From contig JACQGI010000006.1 in NCBI GenBank assembly GCA_016199625.1, forward strand, positions 1-31,484: a DNA stretch of 31,484 nt, written 5' to 3'. The notes under the pieces were generated by a model. That model saw only the letters and a list, made by a program, of their open reading frames with translations, ran no database searches and had not been told where the DNA came from. The translations under genes and the position numbers were made by a program. Source of the DNA: Acidobacteriota bacterium (GTDB taxonomy: Bacteria; Acidobacteriota; Vicinamibacteria; Fen-336). Below, one piece after another: positions 23,966-31,484 of the stretch. Each line of letters begins with the position of its first letter. Position 1 is the first letter of the stretch.

Positions 23966-24861
23966 GCGCGGCGCTCGACGATGAGCCGGGCGATCCCGGC
24001 GAGGAGCTCCGTGCGGGAGCCGAGCGGCGCCAGGGCGTCGAGGGCCTCCGTGAGGAGGTCACGGGCCATGATCCGCGCCCGATCCAGCCCGTGAACGCTC
24101 ACGTACGTCGCCTTCTGCGCCGCGTGGTCTTTGCCGGCGGTCTTCCCGAGTTGCTCGGCTCCCTCGGTGGCGTCGAGGATGTCGTCCACGACCTGGAAGG
24201 CGAGTCCGATGGCCGAGGCGTAGCGCGCCAGGCTCGCGAGGTCGGCGCCTCCGGCGCCGCCGAGGACGGCACCCCCCCGGACGCAGGCCGAGAGCAGCGC
24301 TCCGGTCTTGGCGCGGTGCAGGCGCTCCAGCGCCGACGCCGCGACGGCTTTGCCCTCGGACTCGAGGTCCTCGACCTGGCCCCCGATGAGGCCGCCCGTC
24401 CCACAGGCCTCGCCCAGGATCGCCGCGGCCGCCAGGCGCCGCCGCACGCGGTCGCCGTTCCACTCGGGAGGGACCTCGGCCATGAGGTGGAAGGCCCGGG
24501 TCAGGAGCGCGTCGCCGGCGAGGATCGCCAGGGCTTCGCCGAAGACCTTGTGGGAGGTGGGCTTGCCGCGCCGGAGGTCGTCGTCGTCCATGGCCGGCAG
24601 GTCGTCGTGGATGAGGCTGTAGGTGTGGATCATCTCGACGGCGCAGGCGAGGGGCAGCACGTCGTCCCGCGTTCCGCCGACGGCTTCGCCCGCGGCGAGG
24701 ACCAGGATCGGCCGGATGCGCTTGCCGCCGGCGAACAGGCTGTAGCGCACGGCGCGGTGGATCGTCGCCGGCCACGCGCCGTGGGGCGGCAGGGCGCGGT
24801 CGAGGGCCTCCTCGACGACGGCGCGGCGCGAGTCGAGGGCCGCGGCCAGGGCGTCGCTCAC
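23962..24861 (-). CDS. ispA: Farnesyl-diphosphate synthase / geranyltranstransferase
   Basis: First DDxxD motif (LIHDDLPAMDDDDLRRGKPT) and second (VVDDILD). The GTG start overlaps the xseB stop as GTGA. Confidence 0.85.
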   Translation of the reverse strand: MSDALAAALDSRRAVVEEALDRALPPHGAWPATIHRAVRYSLFAGGKRIRPILVLAAGEAVGGTRDDVLPLACAVEMIHTYSLIHDDLPAMDDDDLRRGKPTSHKVFGEALAILAGDALLTRAFHLMAEVPPEWNGDRVRRRLAAAAILGEACGTGGLIGGQVEDLESEGKAVAASALERLHRAKTGALLSACVRGGAVLGGAGGADLASLARYASAIGLAFQVVDDILDATEGAEQLGKTAGKDHAAQKATYVSVHGLDRARIMARDLLTEALDALAPLGSRTELLAGIARLIVERRA

Positions 24862-25112
24862 GGAGCGAACGGCACCTTCTTGGGATTCCCCGAGGCGTCG
24901 AGCACGGGGCCTCCCTTGGCGTTCTTCATGAGCATCTCGATCTTGCCCTCGGCCTCCTCGAGCTTCGCGTGGCAAAGGCGCGAGAGGCGGATGCCCTCCT
25001 CGTAGAGGGCGAGGGACTCCTCGAGGGTCAGCTCGCCCTTCTCGAGGCGCTGGACGATCTCCTCGAGCTGGCGCAGCGCCTCCTCGAACGTGGGGGCGGT
25101 CGTTTCGGTCAC
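24858..25112 (-). CDS. xseB: Exodeoxyribonuclease VII small subunit
   Basis: 84 aa with TFEEALRQLEEIVQRLEKGELTLEESLALYEEG. The GTG start overlaps the xseA stop as GTGA. Confidence 0.85.
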   Translation of the reverse strand: MTETTAPTFEEALRQLEEIVQRLEKGELTLEESLALYEEGIRLSRLCHAKLEEAEGKIEMLMKNAKGGPVLDASGNPKKVPFAP

Positions 25113-26551
25113 AGGGGCTCCTTGCGCGTGACGGTGGCGTCCAGGCGGCCGCCGTGGACGCGTACCCTCAGGGGATCGCCGACCTCCACCTCCGCCGGGG
25201 ATCGAACCAGGCGGCCGCGGGCCGCGTCCCAGACGAGGGCGTACCCGCGGGAGAGGACGGCCAGGGGCGAGAGGCCGTCGAGCATGCCCGCCAGGCGACC
25301 GAGGGCGGCGCGGCGGGCGTCCGCCTCCGCGCGGAACAGGATCTCCAGGCGGTCCGACTGACGGCCGAGGCGCTCCCGTCGACCGGCGATCTGCCGGTCC
25401 CAGCGGAACGCCTCGACGCGCTCGCCGGCGCTCCTCGCCCGGTCGCGGACGCGCTCGCAGCCGCGGAGGAGGCCCGCGCCGGCCCGCCGCGCGAGGTCGT
25501 CCACGCGCTGGGCGTGGCCGCGTATCCGGCCGCGCTCGGCTTCGAAGACGCGGTGCGCGGTCAGGGCTGCGACGCGGGCGCGTACCCGGGTCAGGCGGAG
25601 GTCCAGGGCGGCGCGGAGCCGGCCCTCGTGGGTCGCGATGCGGGCCGCGAGGTCCTCCTTGGCCTGCACGACGCGCTCGGCGGCGGCCGAGGGCGTCGGG
25701 GCGCGCAGGTCGGCCACGAAGTCGGCGATGGTGAAGTCGGTCTCGTGGCCCACCGCCGAGATCGTCGGCACCCGGGAGGCGGCCAGCGCCCGGGCGACGG
25801 CCTCGTCGTTGAAGGGCCAGAGGTCCTCGAGGCTCCCGCCGCCACGGGCCACGATGAGCACGTCGAGGCCGGCGACGCGGTCGAGCGCCCGGATCCCCTC
25901 GACGATCTCCCACGACGCGCCGTCGCCCTGGACCCGCGCCGGGAAGAGCACGACGTCCACGTTGCGGTGCCGGCGGTGGAGGACGCGCAGGAAGTCCTGG
26001 ATCACGGCGCCGGTGGGCGAAGTCACGATCCCGACGCGCCGCGGCAGGAGCGGCAGGGGACGCTTGCGCGCCGGATCGAAGAGGCCCTCCTTCGCCAGCT
26101 TCTCCTTCAGCTCCTCGAAGGCCTGCTGGAGCGCGCCCTTGCCCAGCGGCTCGAGCACCTCGACGGAGAGCTGGTACTCGCCCCGGGGTGGCCAGACCCG
26201 CAGCGCGCCCCGCGCGACGACCTTCAGACCGTCCTTGGGGCGGAAGCGGATGAGGCGCGTCGCCGTCTTCCATACGACGGCGCGGATCTGCGCGGCGTCG
26301 TCCTTCAGCGAGAAGTACCAGTGGCCCGACGTGGCGATCTTCAGGTTCGAGACTTCGCCTTCCACCCAGACGTCGGCGAACTCGGGCTCGAGGACGCTCT
26401 GGATGCGGTCGGTCAGCTCGCTGACGGTCAGGGCCCGGCGGCGGGGCGACGCTCCCTCGGGCGCCTCGCGCCGCCCGGAGGCGGCGGGCGTCGAGGCCCG
26501 GGCGCCGCGGGCGGGCTCGGGGGTGCCGAAGTCGAGGCCTTTCTGTCGCAT
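25109..26551 (-). CDS. xseA: Exodeoxyribonuclease VII large subunit
   Basis: 480 aa with an N-terminal OB-fold (LTVSELTDRIQSVLE...VWVEGEVSN) and catalytic-domain blocks (GIVTSPTGAVIQD, ARGGGS). Confidence 0.85.
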   Translation of the reverse strand: MRQKGLDFGTPEPARGARASTPAASGRREAPEGASPRRRALTVSELTDRIQSVLEPEFADVWVEGEVSNLKIATSGHWYFSLKDDAAQIRAVVWKTATRLIRFRPKDGLKVVARGALRVWPPRGEYQLSVEVLEPLGKGALQQAFEELKEKLAKEGLFDPARKRPLPLLPRRVGIVTSPTGAVIQDFLRVLHRRHRNVDVVLFPARVQGDGASWEIVEGIRALDRVAGLDVLIVARGGGSLEDLWPFNDEAVARALAASRVPTISAVGHETDFTIADFVADLRAPTPSAAAERVVQAKEDLAARIATHEGRLRAALDLRLTRVRARVAALTAHRVFEAERGRIRGHAQRVDDLARRAGAGLLRGCERVRDRARSAGERVEAFRWDRQIAGRRERLGRQSDRLEILFRAEADARRAALGRLAGMLDGLSPLAVLSRGYALVWDAARGRLVRSPAEVEVGDPLRVRVHGGRLDATVTRKEPL

Positions 26552-26769
26552 GCCGCTTCGAAGATTCTAGTGCGGATCCGGGCGGGTCGGGTCGCGTTCT
26601 GACGGCCGAAGCCCGTTCGTTTGCGGGACGGCCCCGTCCCGGAACCGCACACCGGACGCGCCGATCCCGAGCCCGCGCGGCCGCAGCAAACTGCGGGCCC
26701 GGAGGGACTTCGCGCGCACTGGCGGGGGTGGCGCGATCGTTGCTCTCGCCAAGGCGAGACGGAGGCTCC

Positions 26770-29166
26770 ATGCCCCAGGACCTGCGCTACGCCCTCCGTG
26801 TGATGCTCCGGAGGCCGGGTTTCACGGTCGTCGCGGTGCTCATTCTGGCGCTCGGCCTGGGCGCCAACACCGCCGTCTTCAGCGTGGTCGAAGGCCTTCT
26901 GCTCCGGCCGCTCCCGTTTCCCGAGCCCGATCGTCTCGTGATGGTTTGGGAGCGCAACCTGGTCCGGGGCCGCGATCGCAACGTCGTCCACCCCGCGAAC
27001 TTCCTCGCCTGGGAGGAGCGTGCACGATCCTTCGAATCCCTCGGAGCCTTCTCGGCCTGGAGCGCCAACCTCACGGGCCGGGGCGAGCCGGCGCGCCTCG
27101 AGATGGGTGCCGTGACGCCGAGCCTGTTCACGACCCTGGGCGTTCGGCCTCTCGCCGGCCGCCTGTTCGACGACGCCGACGCCGCGCCCGGCGCTCCCGA
27201 GGTCGTCCTCCTGAGCGAGCGCTTCTGGAAGCGCCTCTTCGGCGGCGACCTGGCGGCCCTGGGTCGCACCCTCGTCCTCAACGGACGCCCGCGCACCATC
27301 GTCGGGGTGCTGCCCCCCGAGGCGCAGGTTCCGCCGGAGGCGGAGTTCTGGGTCCCGTTCACGCTGGACGAGCAGTTCCGCACCTTCGGGGGGCGCTTCC
27401 TGTCCGTCGTCGCGCGGCTGAGGCCCGGGGTGTCGGTCGAGGAGGCCCGCGCCGAGATGGACCTCGTGGCGTCGGGGCTCGCCGAGGAGGTCCCCGACCG
27501 CGACGCCGGGTGGGGGGTGAGCGTCTACCCGCTCTATGCCGACCTCGTGCGCCACGTGCGCCCGGCGGTGTTGATGCTCGGGGGCGCGGTGGCCTTCGTC
27601 CTGCTCATCGCCTGCGGCAACCTCGCCAACCTCCTCCTCGCCCGGGCCCTGGGCCGGGAGCGCGAGATCGCGATCCGCCAGGCGATGGGCGCGAGCCGCT
27701 GGCGCCTCGTGCGCCAACTCGTCACCGAGAGCCTCGTTCTCGCGATCCTGGGCGGCGCCTCGGGGCTGCTGCTCGCCCAGTGGCTCGTCCAGGCGCTCGC
27801 CACCCTCGTTCCCCAGGAGCTGCGGACCACATTCCCCGTCGGCCTGAACGGGCGCGTCCTGGCCTTCACGGCCGCGACGTCGGTCGCCTGCACCCTGCTC
27901 TTCGGCCTCGCGCCGGCGATCCAGGCGGTGCGACACGCCGTCGCGTCCTCGCTCCGCGAAGGCGCCGCCGCCTCGGGGACGGGCCGGTCCCGGCGTCGCC
28001 TGGGGCGGCTCCTCGTGGCCTCGGAGGTGGCGCTGTCCGTGGTCCTCCTCGCGGGCGCGGGGCTGCTCCTCCGCAGCTTCCTGCGCCTCTCGGCCGTCGA
28101 CCCCGGGTTCGACGCGCGGACGGTCCTGTCGTTCCAGGTGAACCTGCCCGACCGCGGCTACGAGGAACCCGATCGCGGCCCGCGGCTCTTCCGGGACGCC
28201 GTGGCCCGGATCACGGCCCTTCCGGGGGTGGAAGCAGCCGCCGCGATGAGCTGGGGACCGTTCCTCGGGGGCTCTGCGACGCGCTTCGCGCTGCCCGACC
28301 GGCCCGCCCCCGCTCCCGGCCAGGAGCCGGTGGCCGACGTGCGCATGGTGACGGCGGGGCTGTTCCGGACCCTCGGCGTGCCCATCCGTCGCGGTCGCGA
28401 CTTCACCGACGCGGACGACGCCGCCCACCCGGGCGTCGTCATCGTGAACGAGCGCCTCGCGCGGCAGCACTGGCCGGGGGAGGATCCCCTGGGCAAGACG
28501 GTCCGCATGGCGTGGGACCGGACGCTCGAGGCCGAGGTGGTCGGCGTCGTGGGCGACGTGCGCCTCGCGTCCCTCGACGTCGAACCGCGGGCGACGCTGT
28601 ACTGGCCGCAGCTCCAAGTCCCGAACGACTTCATGACGTTCCTCGTGCGGTCCGGGCGCGCGCGAGAGGACCTGCTGCCCGCACTGAAGGGCCAGATGGC
28701 CGCGCTCGACCCCGACCTTCCCGTGGCGCGGGCGACGTCCCTCGAGGACCTGGTCGGAGGATCCCTCGATCGGCCGCGGGCCACGCTGGCCCTGACCGCT
28801 GCGTTCGCCGCGACCGCGGCGATTCTCGCCGCCCTGGGCCTCTTCGGGGTGCTTTCGTACTCCGTGGCGCAGCGCGTCCCCGAGATGGGCGTACGCCTGG
28901 CCCTGGGCGCGCGTCCCGGCGACGTCCTCGGCCTCGTGCTCCGGGAGGCGCTCGCTCTCGCCGCTGCGGGGGCCGCCGTGGGGATCGCCGGGGCTCTCGC
29001 CCTCGGCCGTTCCCTCGAGGCGCTGCTCTACGGCGTGAGCCCGCGGGACCCCCTGGCATACCTGGCCGCCGCCGCCATCGCCTTGTTCTGCGGAGGCCTG
29101 GCCGGCGCGGTTCCGGCGCGACGGGCGAGCCGCGTCGAGCCGGCGGCGGCCCTCCGGGCGGAGTGA
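26770..29166 (+). CDS. ADOP-family (Acidobacterial duplicated orphan permease) ABC transporter permease, duplicated MacB_PCD+FtsX
   Basis: ATG at 26770 follows GGAGG. The hallmark N-terminus is MPQDLRYALRVMLRRPGFT. There are two FtsX-type four-helix modules. No ATPase gene is adjacent. Confidence 0.85.
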   Translation: MPQDLRYALRVMLRRPGFTVVAVLILALGLGANTAVFSVVEGLLLRPLPFPEPDRLVMVWERNLVRGRDRNVVHPANFLAWEERARSFESLGAFSAWSANLTGRGEPARLEMGAVTPSLFTTLGVRPLAGRLFDDADAAPGAPEVVLLSERFWKRLFGGDLAALGRTLVLNGRPRTIVGVLPPEAQVPPEAEFWVPFTLDEQFRTFGGRFLSVVARLRPGVSVEEARAEMDLVASGLAEEVPDRDAGWGVSVYPLYADLVRHVRPAVLMLGGAVAFVLLIACGNLANLLLARALGREREIAIRQAMGASRWRLVRQLVTESLVLAILGGASGLLLAQWLVQALATLVPQELRTTFPVGLNGRVLAFTAATSVACTLLFGLAPAIQAVRHAVASSLREGAAASGTGRSRRRLGRLLVASEVALSVVLLAGAGLLLRSFLRLSAVDPGFDARTVLSFQVNLPDRGYEEPDRGPRLFRDAVARITALPGVEAAAAMSWGPFLGGSATRFALPDRPAPAPGQEPVADVRMVTAGLFRTLGVPIRRGRDFTDADDAAHPGVVIVNERLARQHWPGEDPLGKTVRMAWDRTLEAEVVGVVGDVRLASLDVEPRATLYWPQLQVPNDFMTFLVRSGRAREDLLPALKGQMAALDPDLPVARATSLEDLVGGSLDRPRATLALTAAFAATAAILAALGLFGVLSYSVAQRVPEMGVRLALGARPGDVLGLVLREALALAAAGAAVGIAGALALGRSLEALLYGVSPRDPLAYLAAAAIALFCGGLAGAVPARRASRVEPAAALRAE

Positions 29167-29172
29167 GCGGGC

Positions 29173-30093
29173 CTAGCGGTTCTCCCCCGCGAGCGGGCGC
29201 AAGGCCGACTCCTCCGGGAAGGACTTCGGCGCCAGCGTGACGAGGGGCGGCGGGACGTCGCCCTTCTCCAACAGTCTCGCCACCAGCTCGACCGCCCGCC
29301 CCGTGGAGCGCGGGAGCACGACTGTGGCGGCGAGGCGTCCGTCCTTGACGAGGCTCTGTCCGAGCGCCGGCGTCCCGTCGCAGCCGCTCACGGGGATGCG
29401 AGCGATCTCGGGCTTGCGCACCTCCTCGGCGGTCTCCACCAGCGCCCGGAGCGCCCCCAGGGCGATCTGGTCGTTCTGGCAGCCGACGAGATCGATGCGG
29501 AGGTTGCCCCGCGCGACGATGGCGAGCCACTTGTGGACGGCCTCCCGCGCCTCGGCAGCCGTCCACCCTCCTTCGAGGAGCGCCACTTCGAAGGGGGCCC
29601 CCTGGGTGGCCTCCTGCATCCCCGCGGTGCGGTCGCGCGCCGCGAGGCTGCGCGTGCTGCCCTGGACGTAGAGGACCATACGCCCCTGGGGCAGCAGTGC
29701 GCCGAACTGCCGCCCCTGGATGCGCCCGGTCTCCCTCTCGTCGGCGCACACGGCCGCCGCGGCCACCCCCGCGGGCGCCTCCTGGCGGATCGCCTCGACG
29801 TCGTCCTCGGTGCGGTTGAGCCAGAGGAACGAGACCCCGGCCTTGACCGCCTCGCGGGCGACACGGGCGAGGCCGCGATCGCGCACGGCCAGGACCAGGA
29901 TCGCCGCCGGCTTGTCCGCCGCGTCCAGGCAACCGTGGAGCTGCTGGAGCTGCGAGGCGAGGTCGTGACCGGTGTGGTGGACGGTCAAGCCCAGTCCCAC
30001 CCGCCGCACGGCCTCCTCGGCGTCGGCTTTGAGGAGCTGCTGGAAGTCGTTGGCCGCGTCGACGAGGCAGAGGGCGATCTTCCGGCCGGACAT
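29173..30093 (-). CDS. Periplasmic-binding-protein type I (sugar-binding/LacI-ligand-domain-like) fold protein, no signal peptide
   Basis: 306 aa with an alternating beta-alpha pattern (KIALCLVDAAN..., AILVLAV, VSFLWLN, RMVLYVQG). The lack of a signal sequence suggests a cytoplasmic sensor module. Confidence 0.55.
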   Translation of the reverse strand: MSGRKIALCLVDAANDFQQLLKADAEEAVRRVGLGLTVHHTGHDLASQLQQLHGCLDAADKPAAILVLAVRDRGLARVAREAVKAGVSFLWLNRTEDDVEAIRQEAPAGVAAAAVCADERETGRIQGRQFGALLPQGRMVLYVQGSTRSLAARDRTAGMQEATQGAPFEVALLEGGWTAAEAREAVHKWLAIVARGNLRIDLVGCQNDQIALGALRALVETAEEVRKPEIARIPVSGCDGTPALGQSLVKDGRLAATVVLPRSTGRAVELVARLLEKGDVPPPLVTLAPKSFPEESALRPLAGENR

Positions 30094-30162
30094 GGGGCGA
30101 ATGTTACGTCAACCGGGGACGATCGGGGTGCAAGCGACGCCTGAAGGCCGATCCCTGCGTGC

Positions 30163-30206
30163 CCAGAAAGAAACGGGGCGCCGGGTCCGTCTGGCCCGTG
30201 CGCCCC
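30163..30206 (-). terminator. Rho-independent terminator after the small secreted-protein gene
   Basis: The minus-strand RNA forms a GC-rich hairpin, ggggcgcacgggcc...ggacccggcgcccc, followed by GUUUCUUUCU. Confidence 0.5.
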
Positions 30207-30229
30207 GCGGCACGTCGTATGAATCGAGG

Positions 30230-30571
30230 TTACTTCTTCTCGGGCGGCTTCACGGCCTCGGCCTTCAGGCCGACGACGGCCTTGTGAGCCCCCGTCTCGT
30301 CGTCACGGCAGATCAGGGTGACCTTCTGTCCCGCTTTCAGGTCCTTCACGGCGGTCACGGCCTTCTCGTCCACCGGGACGGTCTTGTTCTCCTTGTCGCC
30401 CTTGATGGTGATGGTCTTGGCCGTTGCGTCCACCGAGACCACCTCGGCGGGGACCTCGTGGGTCTTCGCCGCGGCGGCCGCCGGCTTGGCCGGCTCGGCC
30501 TTCTTGGTCTCGTCGGCCACGGCCACGCCCGCCGCGAACGCGAGCGGGAGCAGGAGCGCCAGCGTCTTCAT
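30230..30571 (-). CDS. Small secreted Lys/Ala/Val-rich protein (113 aa) with signal peptide
   Basis: A perfect SD AAGGAGG lies 8 nt before the ATG. The signal peptide is MKTLALLLPLAFAAGVAVA. There is a single Cys and no recognised domain. Confidence 0.6.
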   Translation of the reverse strand: MKTLALLLPLAFAAGVAVADETKKAEPAKPAAAAAKTHEVPAEVVSVDATAKTITIKGDKENKTVPVDEKAVTAVKDLKAGQKVTLICRDDETGAHKAVVGLKAEAVKPPEKK

Positions 30572-30640
30572 GTCTGTCGCCTCCTTCGGTAGGGAAAGGA
30601 ACGTCTACGCACACAGACGACCGATGACGCAGACGATGGA

Positions 30641-30656
30641 GCAAGGGGGATGCCAG
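30641..30656 (-). promoter_or_regulatory. Sigma-54 (-24/-12) promoter CTGGCATCCCCCTTGCT upstream of the small secreted-protein gene
   Basis: The GG and GC elements have exactly the consensus spacing (TGGCAT-N5-TTGCT). The predicted TSS is about 58 nt upstream of the ATG. The sigma-54 activator gene ends 60 nt upstream on the same strand. Confidence 0.55.
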
Positions 30657-30715
30657 GCGGGGCTATCGTCTAAAACGTCGGGAAAGAGGGAGTTGCGCCG
30701 GCCGGAGCGGCGGTG

Positions 30716-31484
30716 TCAGACCGGCCCTGCACCTTTTCGTGCATCGGCCGCCCCATCCGGTGCGCCCTGAATCTTCTCGAGGCGATACTGGAGGGTGCGC
30801 CGCGAGAGGCCCAGGAGACGCGCGGCCCGAGACACGTTGCCCTCGGCTTTCTCGAGCGCCTTCAGGATCAGCGAGCGCTCCAGCGCATCGAGGTCGATCC
30901 CTGCCTCGGGGATCTGCAGACCCAGCACCTCGCGGGGCGCCGTGAGGCCCGCGCGGACGTTGGCGGGGAGGTCCTCGGGCAGGATGACGTCGCTCTCCCC
31001 GAGGAGGATGGCCCGCTCGACGACCGACTCGAGTTGGCGGACGTTGCCGGGCCAGTCGTAGCCCATGAGGATCTTGAGGGCCTCCTCGCCGACGGTCTTC
31101 CTCCGCCCCCCGGCGGCGTATTTCGCCAGGAAGTGCTCCACGAGGAGGGGGATGTCGGTCCGCCGTTCGCGCAGCGGCGGGAGCACGACGGGGATGACGT
31201 TCAGCCGGTAGTACAGGTCCTCGCGGAAGAGCCCCTGGCGGACCTCGTCGTCCAGGTCGTGGTTGGTGGCGGCGATGATGCGCACGTCGACCTTGATGCG
31301 CTCCGTGCCGCCCACCCGCAGGATCTCCCGCTCCTGCAGGACGCGGAGCAGCTTCACCTGCAGGTCGCGCTTCAAGTCGCCCACTTCGTCCAGGAAGAGG
31401 GACGACCCCGAGGCCTGCTCGAAGAGCCCGATCTTCCGGGCCTCGGCCCCGGTGAACGCCCCCTTCACGTGGCCGAAGAGCTCG
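30716..31484 (-). CDS. Sigma-54-dependent transcriptional activator (bEBP), C-terminal part; N-terminus lies beyond the window edge
   Basis: AAA+ sigma-54 interaction blocks: ESELFGH, GAFTGA (the sigma-54 contact loop), [23 protein letters not shown]-terminal Fis-type HTH ([20 protein letters not shown]) follows. Confidence 0.85.
   Translation of the reverse strand, partial: ELFGHVKGAFTGAEARKIGLFEQASGSSLFLDEVGDLKRDLQVKLLRVLQEREILRVGGTERIKVDVRIIAATNHDLDDEVRQGLFREDLYYRLNVIPVVLPPLRERRTDIPLLVEHFLAKYAAGGRRKTVGEEALKILMGYDWPGNVRQLESVVERAILLGESDVILPEDLPANVRAGLTAPREVLGLQIPEAGIDLDALERSLILKALEKAEGNVSRAARLLGLSRRTLQYRLEKIQGAPDGAADARKGAGPV

Noticed and set aside
22245-24062. 605-aa ORF fusing nadK with an upstream extension across tlyA, and 637-aa ORF 24858..26771 fusing xseB across xseA
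   Set aside because: The upstream parts are RG-rich and overlap well-supported genes in other frames. The real starts are ATG at 23141 and GTG at 25112, both forming 4-nt overlaps with the upstream stops.
26428-29240. Long ORFs 26428..28617 (-) and 26946..29240 (+) over the ADOP permease gene
   Set aside because: These are shadow frames of the ADOP CDS. Their translations are Arg/Pro-rich with no domain signal.
1-31484. Search for tRNA, rRNA, integrase/transposase, phage or defence-system genes
   Set aside because: I found no cloverleaf-compatible sequences in the few intergenic gaps longer than 100 bp. No ORF resembles an integrase, transposase, or restriction, Cas or abortive-infection protein. 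The region looks like core chromosome.

Overview
This is a 31.5 kb high-GC (roughly 70%) bacterial chromosomal segment that is densely coding on both strands. I support about 33 protein-coding genes and find no rRNA, tRNA, CRISPR array or mobile element. The long RG/PR-rich ORFs in the track are antisense shadows of real genes.

Housekeeping operons, by strand and coordinate range:
- xseA-xseB-ispA-tlyA-nadK plus a GT-C-like membrane protein (minus strand, 26551 down to 19621), with every junction a 4-nt GTGA/ATGA start-stop overlap.
- ruvX-mltG plus a second GT-C-like membrane protein (plus strand, 16481-19750).
- lpxB (minus, 4682-5866).
- alkaline-phosphatase-family protein, M23/EnvC-like peptidase and S41 peptidase CtpA (minus, 15143 down to 10682).

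Between these sit envelope and secreted proteins of unclear function:
- a Band7/SPFH protein with a double zinc ribbon and a 163-aa partner;
- a stand-alone CheY-like receiver;
- two paralogous Pro-rich lipoproteins flanking a secreted GDSL hydrolase;
- a Tyr/Gly-rich and RD-repeat protein with two PEGA domains;
- a small PBP-transpeptidase/class-D-like protein;
- a GWxTD-domain protein and an ADOP-type duplicated FtsX permease (both point to an Acidobacteriota/Gemmatimonadota-like origin);
- a Ser/Thr kinase;
- a sigma-54 enhancer-binding protein, truncated at the window edge, next to a sigma-54 -24/-12 promoter driving a small secreted protein.

Non-coding signals I could support:
- two rho-independent terminators;
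- a perfect 22-bp palindrome inside a promoter;
- an inverted repeat with TTGACA on both arms between the kinase and ruvX;
- recurring TATAAT/TAGAAT/TATACT hexamers next to start codons.

My by-eye coordinates for non-ORF features may be off by 1-2 nt. CDS ends are taken from the ORF track frames.
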